Of a stretch of DNA of 64,000 bases, positions 18,201 through 31,900 are shown piece after piece. Within the stretch, counting starts at the first letter, position 1. Every line of letters begins with the position of its first letter. The position numbers were made by a program, and so were the translations under genes. Source of the DNA: Lama glama (Eukaryota); assembly GCA_028534125.1 (NCBI GenBank), contig CM052826.1:17546001-17610000 (forward strand), read 5' to 3'. Below the pieces are notes generated by a model. It was not told where the DNA came from. It searched no databases and saw nothing but the letters and a program-made list of their open reading frames with translations.

Positions 18201-19436
18201 CAATGAGGGTTAGGAGGAACTGGTACAGAGCAAGTGTGTGTGCTTGCGGGGTGGTCCTGGAGGGCGCGCTGAAGGCCTGAGGGATCCAGAGTATCCCAGA
18301 GGGGCTGGAGGACTGAGAATAGACTGAGAGATCCCACAAAGGAGAGACAGGAGAGCTAAGCAGGGTAGCCCCGGGAAGGGTAGGGTGACGCCTGACTCAG
18401 GAATTGAGTAGTGGTCCTGAGTCCAGAAGGGTTAAGGGACTGGAATTTTCACGGGAGGAACTGACCCCAGGAAAAGTGAGAAGGAGGAGAGACCAAAGGG
18501 ATACACGGGAGTGGCTGGAGAACCCCACTATGCAAAAAAATGAGTAGGGGTCCTGGAGTCCCTGGGAGAGACTGAGTCCCCCACAAGTGGGAATGGGAAA
18601 GAATTGGGGGAATCTAGATATGCAGAAAGTGGGTGAGGGTCCTGGGGTATACTGAGTCAAGGAAAATGCGTGGAGTAGAAGATTGGGACACTGTCAGAGG
18701 TTGGGGGGTCACTGGGCTCACCGTTGAAGCCCCGATGAAGGATAATTAGAAAGGTCAGGGCACTCCTTCAGAGCTGAGATGACACTGACAGAGGGTGCCC
18801 GGTTGAGACATAAAAGAAGGAGGGGTCTTTGTGGATCCTGGGGACAAGGACTGATGGATCTTCCATGATCGGCACCCCTTCTCGTGGGTGACCTCTAGGT
18901 GCCTGTATACTCTGTTCCCACCTCAAAGCCCTCCCCCAGTGACCCAGGGCTTGACTGACACCGTGTCGGCTCCTGGTGCCTAGACCCAGCCCGACGGCCG
19001 GGGCGCGGTCGCCCAACCCCACTCCTTCCTTAGAAACAGGCTGGGGAAAGAGCGCTGCGGCAGGAAGTGTGGCAACAGCCCCGGGGGAAGGAGCCCGGCC
19101 CTGCCTCCGTCACTTGAATCCTACCGGACCATGCGCCCCACCCTGGGTCCAGCCGCGTTCAGAGCCTCGGAAGAGGAACCTAGGCTTGAGACCCCCAGGA
19201 GACGAGGGTGCGCCGAACACGCCCAGCTGCCGAGGCCTCCAGTCACCGACCCCCACCCAACAATGGTTCAGCCCTCGGCGCCCGCAGGCGATTGTGGAGG
19301 CTGGCGGTCCGGGGACGATTCCATTGGCCCGACAGAGGGGGACTCACGGGGAGCGGGGCCTGATCGCCTTGGCAACAGGCTGGAGTCCGCGGGCAGGACT
19401 GGGGGCGGGGCGGCCCCCGGAGTCTCTCCTCGACGC

Positions 19437-19456
19437 CCATATTAGGGCACAGGAAG
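19437..19456. promoter_or_regulatory. Serum response element (CArG plus adjacent Ets site) upstream of JUNB
   Basis: Perfect CArG box CCATATTAGG at 19437-19446, followed by CAGGAAG at 19450-19456, inside a CpG island. Confidence 0.8.
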
Positions 19457-22399
19457 GGGTGTGGTCAGCGCTGTCCCGGGGCCCCCAGCCTGTAGCCGGG
19501 AGCCCGGGTATCTGCCAGGTCCCAGGGCGCGCCAGGGCCCCCGGACGGCTAGTCCCGACCAGCCCCGGCCGCCGCCCCCGGGGCCCCCACGGCCGCCTGG
19601 CCCGGCCCCACCCAGCCGCTCTGGGGCTGCGTCCTGCCAGGCCCTGCCCGGCCCGACCCAGCCTGGCAGGTCCCCGCCTGCCCGCGGGCCTGGGTCGGAC
19701 TTCGCCCCCGGCCCGACCCGACAGGGCGCGGAAGGGGCGGGCCAATGCCTCGAGACGACCCTGGCGCTTTGGTGGGCTGGCACGGCTGCCTTGTACCTCG
19801 AGCAGGGCGCCCTTGCTTTCTGTCAGGAGGTCTGGGGTCCTTCCCCACATTCATCCCTAGGGGCTGGGGTGCTCCCTCTTTCACTCATGTGCGTGAGAGG
19901 CCCTATTCCTGTTTTCGTGTGGGGGGGGTCTCCTCACCACTCAGAATACCTAAAGGGGGGATCCACCCCCTCATCTGAGGGCATTCCTCCCCTCCAGGCA
20001 GAAGGGACCTGAAAATCCAAGGGGAGAATCTGAAAGAACCCCTCCAGAGCCCCTTCCCCAGGAATGAGTGAAGGTTTAGATGATGAGGCTTCTAGTTAGA
20101 CCTAAGGTGAGACTTCCAAGCAGATAGGATATGAGCCACTAGAACCAGAGGTGAGAAGCTCAGTCTCTTCCTCTCCACTCCCCCCCCCCACATCTTAACC
20201 TCTCTGTCTTTCTCCGAGGGAGAGAGAGAGAGAGAGACCTCTGTCTTTGGAGAGCATGAAGTTTCTTTAGGGTGGAAAGAGGCTGAGAGAGAAGGGCTAG
20301 CCAGCCTTCATAGGGCAGACACACAACTCACCAAGTGTGGAGGGAAGGAAAATGAAAGAGGCAAAAGAGAAACTGAGCTCTGTGGGGGCAGGGGGAAGTC
20401 CAGCAGACCAGTGGCCTTGGGGAGGAAGGTCCCATGAAGAGCTGGGGGTGTCCCCATCTTTGGAGGGTCCTTGTGACCCCTGGGTACCCCCCTCCCCTCC
20501 TCTTGTTTGAACGCTCACTCCCCTCCCTCGCCCCAGGCTCAAGGGAGATTCCAGTGGCCACGGAGTCTGGCAGGCACTCTGCCAGGCCTGTGTCTCCCGC
20601 CCATGCTAATAACTGCAGCTGACATCTGGCTGGGCCCTGCGGGGGCGCAGCGGGCAGCGTTGGGGGGCTGGGCAGATCTGGCCAGAGGGCAGCATCTCAG
20701 GAAGCCAACCTGCAGGTCCCACAGGCCAGGAGGCCATAGTGAGTCAGCCCTGACCAGTGCTGAGGCTGGCCATGCCAGGGAGAGAGGTGAGGCTGGCCCA
20801 GTGAGGGCAGAGATGGAGGGCAACAACAGAGCAGGGATGTATGGGGGTGGGGGTCAGGGCTGGGAGAGATGCAGGGTAAGAGTCATGCAGACAGATGGCA
20901 CTACTCAGAGACACTGAAGATAGGCAGACAGATTGAGAAACAATAATTATTATTTTAATAGCCAACACTTATATGGCTCTTACCATAGGTCAGGCACTCT
21001 TCTAAGTGGTTTACATAGAATAACTCCCTGCCTGCTTCCAACAACCCAGCAAAATGCATGCCATTTGTGTCCCCATTTAACAAACTAGAAAACTTAGTCC
21101 CAGGAAGGTAAGGAACTTGCCTGATGTTCCAACATCTGTAACTGCTGGACTTGAGATAGAACGTCAGCCACTTCTGGGTGGATAATCACAACCAGAGATG
21201 CATTTATGGAGTACCAATCATACGCCAAGCTCTGCAGACTTTTGCACAGAGGGTCTCCTTTATCCAGAGATAAATGGGGTTGGGCACAGGGCAGAGGGGT
21301 GCTGGTGTGTTTAGGGGCAGGCCAGCATGCCAGAGTAGGGTCCTGTCACTCTATGCACTCTGCATGGGAGTTTGAGCAGGGGGTGGGGATTGGACCAGTG
21401 AGGGAGGGCGGGGGCCCAGCTGAGCTGGTACAGCCGGTTCCAGGCCCCTGCCAGTCTCACCCTTGTGGCCTGGGCGCCACCCCCTCACGCCGCCCCACTG
21501 GCGCCAAGGCCAGCCTGTGAGGAGGGTGTGAGGAGAGCCCCCTCCTCCGTCTGCTCTGGGTGCCCAGACTAGCAGCTGGGTACTGCCCAGGCCTTGGGCT
21601 CCAGACCAGCCTCTGGCTGAGGAGTCTGAGCCCAGGCTTTGCTCATGCCCAGGGGCCCTGGGGCCCGGGGGACTGGATAAGGAGGAAGTTCACCCACCCC
21701 CACCCACGGGTCTCTCTGGGGCTTTTGGCCCTGGCAGGAGGGACTTCTCCTTCTTATAAATAGCCTGGTGACCCCCTCCTCCCTGGCCCTACTGGCCGGC
21801 AGGGCCCTCACCAGGAAGCTGGGCTGGGGGCTGCCTGTGAGTCAGCCAGTGGGCAGGCCAGGGCGAGAACCCACAAGTCAGAGCACCCAGGCTCCCTCGT
21901 CCCTGCCCCTGGGTGTGGACAGGCAGCTGGCAAGAAGAGGCTGAGAATCCTAGAGGCCCTCCCCCAGGAACCCCTGGCTTGCCAGCTGCTTCCCTCCCCC
22001 ACCTCTGTGGTTTAGGGGGTCCCTCACCCCTCTCCTGGAGAGGAAGCTGCCTGGTTTTCTTGGAAGCAGGAAGGAGAGTCTGTCTCCTCAGGCTGACTCA
22101 GCTGGGCATGAGGGGAGTTTCCCACAAAGTTGTTTCTGTCCACCCCCCCAGCTGCTGGTGAGGTCTTGGGGGGCCTGAGCATGGCCGAGATCCTGGGTGC
22201 CCCATTGACAGGGCATGTGCTAAGGAAACAGGCCCACACCCCACTGGGACTGGGGCTGCTGAGCCAGGCCTCCTAGGGGAAGTGACAAACAACAGGGAGG
22301 GAGTGGGGGCGATGTTTGGAGAGAGGAAGCACCAGGATCTCCGGGTGGGGGTAGAGATGGGCTGGGAAGCCCAGAGCCCCAAGGCACCTCAGCATGGTC

Positions 22400-23800
22400 C
22401 AGAAGCACGCACGTGTGTCTGGCTAGCTGTGGGTTTGTGTGTGGCTGGCCTGTTGGGGCGTGTGAGAGTGTGTGTGAGGCCTGTCTTCTCAGGGCATGTG
22501 TCTTTGTGTTGGCCCAACCCTAGAGGGGTGTGTAGGGCCTGTCTACTTTAGGGTGGTGGGCGGCGGGGAAGGTGTGTGTGTGTGTGTGTGTGTGGTCTAT
22601 GGAATAAGTTGCATGTGGCTGGCCTATATGCATACATGTAGGTTGTTTTGGAGTTCACGTGGCTAACCTATTTGTGTCTGGTGTGTCTGTGTGTGTGTGA
22701 GGTACATGGCTTGTCTGTGTGAGGTCTGTGTGTGTGTGAGGTCTGTAGCTGGTGTGTGTCTGTGTCTGTGGCTGGTCTATGTGTGTGTGTCTATGTGGGC
22801 TCTGTGGCTGGTTGTGTGTGTGTGTGTTAGCCAACAGGTTCTGTCAGGGTGTCTCTTTGCCAGCGTGTTTATGAACGTCTGACTGTGGCCTGTCCCTGCT
22901 TCTTTATGCTGGGTGTGACTGTCTGGCCAGACCATGCCTGTGAATATGTCAGTCTGTCTGCTTGCATCTGCCCAAACTGTCTGAGGGTCTGACGTGCGTG
23001 TTATCGGTGAGGGACGGTGTATCTGTAAGGCTGAGTCTTGGCATCTCTGAGTGTGGGTGGGGGCGGGGGTCTATCTGTCCTGCTGTGTACATGTCCTTCC
23101 CATCCCTCTCTCCATAGGTTGATGTTTGTCTCTCTTGCCTCTGAGTATCTTTTTGAGTTGGTGATCTTGCTAGCGTGTGTGCATGTGTGTTGCTTTCTCT
23201 TGTTGCAGGATCTGATAGTGTCTGAACATCTCTCGTGCAGCTTTCGAGGCGCTTGTGCTAAAAGTGACTGTCCTTTCTCCCTGAGTCTATCAACATACAT
23301 GTGTCTTCCATTTGCATCTGACACATGGTTCTCGGTGTGTCCGTCCTGCCTGTGTCCTTCTGGCCTGTCACATTTGTCTCCAAGTGCCTGTGAGCATGCC
23401 GCTGTCTGCCCGGCTATGTGCTTCTTGTCTGAATGTCAATGTCCTTCTGTTTGTCAGTGGGTCCATCCTGCCTGTATGCCGAGTTGATTTATCTGTGCCA
23501 CACACCCCCTGCCTTTATGCTTCTGGCTTGCTGGTGTCTTTGTGTATTTGGCAGCATGTCAGTCTTGCTCTTGAGACTGCCCTGTCACTGTGTCTGTTTG
23601 ACAGCTGTCTTGTCCAGATGTATGTCTGGTCCTGTCAGTGTGTCCCTGGTTGGCAGTCTCTTGGTGGCCAGGGTGACAGGGGTTGTGTGTGTGTGGACTG
23701 GCTCTCTCGGGGTGACTGTGTATTTGTACACTCCTTGCCACCCCCCCCAAGTCTGGCCACTCTGGGCCATGTTTACTCTGCCCCCAGCCGATTTCTGCCT
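22400..23800. repeat. TG-rich low-complexity tract including a (TG)n microsatellite at about 22573-22594
   Basis: Dense gtgt/tgtc composition. Confidence 0.8.
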
Positions 23801-24519
23801 GCCCTGCCCGGGGAGGGGCTGACCCTCCTGTCTGTCCAGCCAGCAGTCCACAGGATGTTCCCGAGACGCTGTCTCCGCCGACATCCCCTCCCTTCAGCCA
23901 CCCTCGGGTCAGGACCCAGGCGTCCAGGGTGGCGGGGGTAGGGCTGCAGCATAGGGGGGGGCCTGTGGTGTGGGGGGCTTGTCAGGTCCCCAGAATAGGG
24001 TGGGGGATGGGGAGGGCGACGGGTTCAACAGGTTCCGCCTCATTCCTACCCCGCCTCTCACTTCCTGGGTGTCTGCCCCGGGCAGGGGGTGGACGGGATG
24101 AACCCCATGGCCTCATAGCGCCTGGGTGGGGCATGGCCTGCCCCACAAGGACTCGCTTCTGCTGGGCACTCTGACACCCAGGCCTGAAAGACAGGAAGAG
24201 CCTGGGTCCTTCTGCCGGCCAAGCCCCTCCCTGCTTCTGTGCCCAGCTCTAGAAACAAAGCGTCCAATCTATTATTCACTTAATCCCACAAGGCCACAAT
24301 AAGCTGGTCATAATTATCCCCCATTTTCAGATGGGGAAACTGAGGCCTAGAGAGCAATGAGGGCAGAGGCAGGATTTGAACCCAACTCCGCATGCTACGC
24401 AAGACCCCCCCCCAACCAAGGCAGCTCACCAACAGCCTTCCCTCCCCTCTCTAAAAATGGTACATATAGGGTGGAGTACCAACCCAGGCCCCACGAGGCC
24501 CGGCTCAAGGGGGCGCCTG

Positions 24520-25550
24520 GCTTGCTCTGAGTCAAAAGGGGCCCCTGGATGAATAAGAAAACGGCTTTAACCGTTTCATTGCCACGACAGGCTCTGCCAA
24601 AACTTCCTGTGGGCTGGCGGGGAGGGGCTGGGGGCTGGGTTCCCGGAGGTCTGGGGGGGTAGGCCCTGCCAATTCTGGGTGGGGGAACGCCGCTAGTGAC
24701 CTTGGCAGGGGTTGGCTAAGGGAAGACACCAGACACGACCCTCGCTGGAGGGAGGGCCCCTCCCCGCGAAGCTTGAAGTCCCTACTACTTGGTTCTCAGT
24801 TCCCACTGCCTGGAAGAGGGGTCTCAGAGTCCGCAGCCCCCTCCCCAGGGTCTTGAGTCACACGCGGGGAAAGCCTCGAGGGGTGAGTCACGGGGTGGGG
24901 AAGGGGGAGAAAGGTCGGCTGCGGCCAGGGGACCCTCGGGCTATCCTGAGTCACGCAGCCCCTTCTCCAGAGACCGGGAGCGGGAAGCGCATTGTCGGGT
25001 GGACTATGGAGCTGGAGGAAGAGCGGTAAGGGGGAGGAAGCACGCGCCCGGGCCGCGCGGGAAGCTCCGGTTCCCATAGTAACTGGAGGGGTCTCTCAGC
25101 TCTCTGGCTGGGGTTCCTCCCTCGGCAGGGACGGTCCCTGCGCACTGGGGAAGCCCCCGCGCGCTCTGTCGAGGGGCCACAAGTTTCAGGTCGGGCAGGA
25201 AGGGGTTAACGGCAGCCTCCACCACCCTCCTCCAGGGTTTCACCCGCGCCCAAAGTCCCCGTGGGGGGTGGGGCCGTGTCCCGCGCGCGCCCAACCCCCG
25301 CGGCCGCCCACGCACGGACGCACGCACGCAATTAGCCCATCCCCCCGCGCTCGCAGGCATGACCGCGTCGGGCTCCACGAACGCAGCGACCCCCGTCGTG
25401 CTTCACGTCACGCACGACGCACGCGCCCCCGCAGCGCGGGGCGGAGCCCTCTGCTCTGAGAGCGGCAGGACGCGGGGCAATTTACGACGCCCCCTGAGCA
25501 CATCACCGCCTCCGTTGAGCACGCTGTCTCGTGTGACTTTGACACCTCCC
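24520..25550. promoter_or_regulatory. Intergenic CpG island/enhancer with clustered AP-1 sites
   Basis: TGAGTCA at 24528, 24854, 24884 and 24947. kB-like GGGGAAAGCC at 24866-24875. CpG-rich from about 25000 to 25550. Confidence 0.65.
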
Positions 25551-28500
25551 CAAGGTCACAAACTCTCTGATCCACAGTGTCACGCGGACACAGGATACAC
25601 CTGCCACACGTTGGCACAAACCTTCACTAGTCCAACCAACCCCCCAGCGAACGCGGGCAGGGTCATGCTGTCACACACGACACACAGGTACATCTATCAC
25701 ATACCATTTCTGGTGGGGACACGGGGCCATCGTCATACACAGATAGGTGGCATATACAGACACTCCTATAAAGCCACAACATCAAGGTGCACACAGATAA
25801 AAGTAAGACACGAAGTAAGACACAAACAGATAAAAGTCTTGGACATCAGGACTCCAGCTATCACACAGCCACTCCTCTCACATGGAGATTGTAGAGGCAC
25901 AGAGACACAGCAGGGAGATAGACACAGTGGTCATGCTGTCACAGGGACAAATAGGGCACGTGAAGTAAAGTAGGGTCACAGACACCACAAATCCACACCC
26001 AGGGACACCAGATTGTCTTGGGAACATGGACAAACGAAGGGCACACATGACAGGGTCACACTTTCACAGAAAGATACATGATGGAGAGAAAGTAGGACAC
26101 GGTCACATTGAAACACTACCTAAAGCCAGGTTGAGGTACTGACTGTCATACATTCACTTCTCACACAAACAATGACACAGGGAGAGAGACACAAAGCAAG
26201 GTCCCATAAAGAGAAGCATGTGCCCTAGGCCCTGACAGCACCCAAATCACCAAATCACAGACAGCCTGTTGCATAAATTCCCAGGGCCCCAAGACACACA
26301 AAGACACAGGTAGATGCAGACACACAGGCCTGTGCACACACAATCACAGACCCACCGTCTCACACCTACATAAATGTGAACACACTTTACATGGACTCAG
26401 AGACATATACACAGACATGGGGAGGGGGTCAGGATGAGAGTCCTGGCAGAATGTCAGTGTCTGGAGGGCACAGCCTGTCAGAGTTCCTCATGGTATAGGG
26501 CCTGGTGTCCTCCGTGAGGCTGTGGTCAGCCCTGGGGGGAGGGGCACTATCTCCCAATATGTGAACCCAGGGTCCCCATCCCAGCTCTCATGACTGGGTG
26601 TCTGTCCAGATGTGAAGGCGAGAGGGGGCGGGCGGGGGTCCAGCTGTAGCCACAGGGAGGGGCTGAGTCACTCGCTTCCCAGCAGTACAGCCCAGGCTGG
26701 GCCCAGCTGTTCCTGGAAACCAACAGGAGGGGGTGGGGTCCCCAAACCAGCTGGGGGCTGCTGGCCCAGACCCGCACTCTCTGTCCTTAATGGAGGCCCC
26801 CAGATCATACCCTAAGCTTTGGGGTTCCCTCCACGAAAAATGGGGTTTGAATCCTCCCCCTAAATAAAGGATCCCTGATTCAAAATGAGGGTTTGTGATA
26901 CCTCTCATTGTTGAAGACACAAGTATCGCCCAACAGTGGGGTTTCCGGAGTCCCATAATAGGGATTGCTGCTCTTCCCTGGCAACGTAGGGAGCCCCCTT
27001 CCCTGCAAAATCAGATTCCCTGCCACCCCAAATGGAGGTTTCTGGCTCCTCCCCCAAAGTGAGGGCACCCAGACCTTCCCTTAAATCTGGGGACTTTTGG
27101 GTCCTGGAACATTAATAACACCTATAATATCAGGGTAACGTTAAGACAGTTCAACTCCATGCTCCAGATATTTTAGTTCCTCCTAAACATCAAGATCTCT
27201 GTGGGTTTTGCAAATATTGGGAACCCCACTCCAAATATTTGGCGGTCCCAGCATGTCCCCCAACATTGGGCAACTAGACCCTCTCAGAAATATTCCCAAC
27301 CTCCCATCCTTGTAACAGCCTTAGTTCTGGCTCACCTTCCACTTCTACCTGGTGGCAGGGTGGCCCCAGTTCCCCCTATTGGCAGCACCCTCTCCTTGGT
27401 GGGTGAGGGAATAGGGGACCAGCGGCGGTTGTTCCCACGCCCGCCGGAAAGCAGTCCAGTCCGGAAGCCGGCACTACCGGCCCTTGTCCCCTTCCTCCCT
27501 ACTCCCCCCTATTCTGCTCCCAGGGGATGGAGGCTGAAAACAACTCGGGAAGGGGATGTGGGTGTGTAGACAAGCCTCCAAGGCCCCTGCTGCGTGCGTG
27601 CGGTTTGCGCGTCTGACTGGGCTGTAACCTGGTGTCTGGTGCTAGTGATTGTATTCCTGCGATGCAGCGGGATGTGCGGGGGTGGGGAGTGGTGGGAGCT
27701 GTTGTCATCCAGCCCAACCCTCTCGGGGCAGGGTCGCCGGAGCCAGAGTCGGGGTTGGAGTGAGCAGCTCCTCTCCCCTCAGACCTAGACCCACCTCCAA
27801 AACAGAGCCCGCCCCTCCCCCTGGGTACAGCTAATAACCTCTAATTACTGCTCATTACCTCGCCCGTCCCGCGAGGGAGGGGCTGCCGGGGAACTCAGGC
27901 GTCAGAAGGCGCAGGCTGAGGCTTTACCCCCTCCCCTAAAGTGGGATCCACCCAGAACCTCTGTTTCCTCGCCCGCGAACCGGCAATAAAAAGAGCACTT
28001 CCCACCTAGAGTCGGGTAGATTTCAACCATCTATATATTTAAATTGCTTAGCGAAGAGACTGCATACTAGGCACTCTATAAATGGTGAGTGCGATTTTAT
28101 TAACTAGTATTGTTATCACTTTCTTTTACGCCCCCTCTGCTGCCCAGACGGGGTCTCAGAGTGGGCCCATCCTTTTCCCTGTAGGCTGCGTTCCTTCGGT
28201 CTGGGCGCCCCCTGGTGGGCCGTGGCGACCAGGGCGGCCTGGTTCTGGATTCTGAGGCAGGAGGAAACCGACGCAGGGCTCGGGGAGGGGAAAGTGCAGG
28301 GAAGGCTCAGTGTGAGACACATCCAGGCTATCCAAATTGTCTAATTACTCAGGACATATGTCTGGCTGACCCATCGTGCCCTCGTCTTAGAACCACACCC
28401 GTAATCTCCTTGTCCACTCTCGGGACAAGACTATCAAATCATCCACCAGGAAGACCCCTTTAGTATCCTCCGCCTCCAAGTCCATAGTATATGTTATGGC

Positions 28501-28954
28501 CTGCTCCTCCCCCGTGCAGATAAAGGCTTCGATCATAATGTGGCTAGACAGCGGACTTTCTGCTGAAGGGAAGGGAAGAGAATGCGCCTGTATAATAGGG
28601 TGGAGCATCTCCGCCTCAGATGGTGAGGAATAATGGTGAGGTCTCCGCTACCCTCAAAAGAGCCGGACAAGGAGGGGCGGCAGGGCCACCCTTGGAATGC
28701 GCAAGGCTGGCCCAGACTGACCCCTAGCGGCAGGGCCGGCGCCCAACTGCTTCCCGGATCCAAGATGGCGGGACTGAAGGCCTGAGCCGGCGCCAAGAGT
28801 AGATCACGTGCCCAGGGCGGGGCCTGCGCCTAGGGGGCGGGGCGGCGCTCTAGGCCGAGCGGGAGGTCGGGGCTGCGGGCGCTCGCTGGTGGCGGATCTG
28901 GACGCGGCTGCGGTGGCGAGGCTCCGCGGCCGTGGTCGAATCCGATCGGGAGCC

Positions 28955-31900
28955 ATGAGCGTGGACAAGGCCGAGCTATGCGGGTCTCTGCTCACCTGGG
29001 TAGGTCAGGGGTGGGGCTAGGGACAGGTGTACGCCCTCTCTTCTCTCCCGGGAGCCCCGACCTTGGCTCTGTCCACCCCTCGGACCTGGGGCTGGGAGGA
29101 GGAAGGGGTCGTCGGCCTGCCAGGCTGTTGGACTCTGGCCTGAGCACCCGTCCTGTCACGTGGCAGATTTGCGTGGAAAGAACAGGTGAGGCCCCGCCCC
29201 TTCTAGGCTGGGTCAGGTGGGGAGAGTGCACAGGTGAGCTGACCTGGTCATGTGGTGCCTGTGGGGACCAGGTGACTCCTGGTTCTGCCCTGGCCTGGTC
29301 TCGCGGCGTTTGTTGAGCAGAGGTATAGTGAGGCCACGCCCCCTTGGGAAGTCCAGGTGAGCAGAGGCCACTCCCTCGCGGAGTTGGCTTGTTGGCGCAA
29401 CAGACCAGCCTTCACCTAACCGCGTGAGGTTCCTGCTGACCGGAAAAGTCTGCAAAAAGGGGAGTGGTTCGGTGGTCCCAGGCTCTGATTACACCTGTTG
29501 CACTTTCCTTTCCCCCCCAGTTGCAGACGTTCCATGTCCCGTCCCCCTGTACCAGCCCCCAGGACCTGAGCAGTGGCCTCGCAGTGGCCTATGTGCTGAA
29601 CCAGATGTGAGTGGGGTTGAGGGGGAGGATCCAAAAAGGGTTCCCCAGCAGCTCATCCCACCTTCTCGCCCCCAGAGACCCTTCCTGGTTCAACGAGGCG
29701 TGGCTCCAGGGCATCTCAGACGACCCAGGTTCCAACTGGAGGCTGAAGGTGACAGGTGGACTCATGAATGGGGAGAGAGTGGTGATGAGATGATCAGGGA
29801 AGGGTCAGTTAGACCTGTTCTGGGTAATGGACAGACAGACCTGTGTCAGGAAAAGGGGCAGATGTCTGATGACCAGCCAACTATGTATTTGTTCCTTCAT
29901 GTTTCTATTAAGCAGGCCTGAGTTTGCAGCAAGGAATAACACAGACAAAAACCTGCATACAAAACATAAACATCGACTTCCAATGGCAATAAGTTCTATG
30001 AAGACAATAAAATCTGGGCCATGAGAGAAAGCAACTGGGACTGGATGGGTGGTGACTCCAGATGGGCTGATCTCCATGTGAGATCTGGAGGAATGGTGTT
30101 CCAGACGCTGGGAACAGCAAATGCAAAGGCCCTGAGTTGGGAATAAGCTTCGGGTGATCGAGGAATGGAAGGGAGGTCTGAACAGAAAGCAAGGGGGCAG
30201 GAATAGTAGATGAGATCATCAGGGGCCTGGCAGGTTGGAGCAGGGAGGTAGATTCTATTTTAAGGGCTGTGTAAAGTCAAGGAAGGATTTTAGTAGAGGA
30301 AAGACGCAAACCTGGCTTGGGCTTTAAAAAGCTCCCCCTAGCTGCCTGGAGAGGAATGGAAGGTAGGCAGCAAGAGTGGAAACTGAGACAGGGCTGGTGC
30401 AATAATCCGGGTGAGAGATGATGATGGCTAGGGTCAAAGGGTAGTGGGGCAGGTAGTGAGACATGATTGGATTCTGGGGACACGTGATTGAGATAGGTGG
30501 ACAAGAAGGGCAGGCAGCCAGATAGATCACCCCTAGGAAAGGGGACATTCAGACAGAGAATGGGGCCAAACAGGATGAGATGACCAGAGATTGGGAGGTG
30601 AGGCAGAGGAAAGAGGTTGGGGTAGACACATTCAAGGTATGGGCTGCCTGGCCTCTTCTGGGAGCCTTTGGGACCTGGACACAACTCCTTGCCCCTTCCC
30701 AGGTCAGCAATCTGAAGACAATCTTACAGAGCCTGGTAGAGTACTCCCAGGATGTGAGTAAATGTAAAGGGATTTAGGGGGTTGGGTTGGAAGGTAGGGG
30801 GTCCCTGAGCCCCTGATACCCCTTCCTTCCTCCATCCTCAGGTCCTGGGGCATCCCATTTTGGAGCAGCACCTTCCAGATGTGAGCCTCATTGGCGAGTT
30901 CTCAGACCCAGAAGAACTTGGCAAGCTGCTTCAACTGGTGTTGGGCTGTGCCATCAGTTGCGAGAAAAAGCAGGGTATGGAAGGTTAGGGGGTCCCCAGG
31001 GGAAGACCTGAGGAAATCATCTTGGTGCCCCCCACCCCTATCTCAGTCTCCCCCACCTTGATCCCCAGAGCACATCCAGAGAATCATGACACTAGAAGAA
31101 TCAGTTCAGCATGTGGTGATGGAAGCCATCCAGGAGGTAGGTGGGAGGGCCCAACGTGGCAAGGAGCTTTAGGGGAGGGGACATCTCTAGGGCAGAGGCA
31201 GCCAAGCACAGGCTCTGCCCTGGTAAGGTCTAGGCTCTGGAACTCAGCTGGCCAGATTTCCCTGTCTCATATGTCTGCCAGCTCCTCCCAGCTCTAAGTC
31301 ACAACCTAGCATGCCTAAAGGACCAGGCCTCCCTGGGTGCTGGACACTTGGGGCAGCCTCTGGGCTGAGGTTATTGGGGAGAACTGGCTTTGGGAATAAA
31401 AGGATGGAGAGGTTCTTAGGCTGGACCACAGAAGCCTTGGAGGCTACCTTCAGGGGGCCTGCTCATCTTATTGTCTTCCTACCCACCTCTAGCTCATGAC
31501 CAAAGACACCTCTGACTCCCTGTCATCGGAGACATATGGGAACTTTGATAGTCAGGTAAGGGGTGGGATCTTGTTAAAAATCCAACTTATTACTAATTTT
31601 CAGAGTTGCCTGAGGAGAAGCTTGATTTTAAGCCTGTAAACCACTCCCATCCCCCAGGGTCCTTGCCTCTTCCCTTGCTGGGTTCCCAGGGTTCCGAATT
31701 GCCTTTCCTCCAGTCCCCTTGGGTCCCAGTCCTTTCTTCTTAGATCATGAGGGTATCTTGGCTCCCTTCTCTCTGCCCCTAGAGAACCCAGCCTCCCTTC
31801 CCCCAGGCTCCTCCCCCAGATCCCTGAGTTTCTTGCCTCTCCCCACCCTCACCCCTCCACTCCTCTGATCAGTCCCGCAGGTACTACTTCCTGAGTGAGG

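Noticed and set aside
18976-20012. 294-aa and 183-aa ORFs upstream of JUNB
   Set aside because: GC-rich artefacts with no recognisable domain or splice structure.
23001-23941. Cys/Val-rich ORFs
   Set aside because: They are translations of TG-rich low-complexity DNA.
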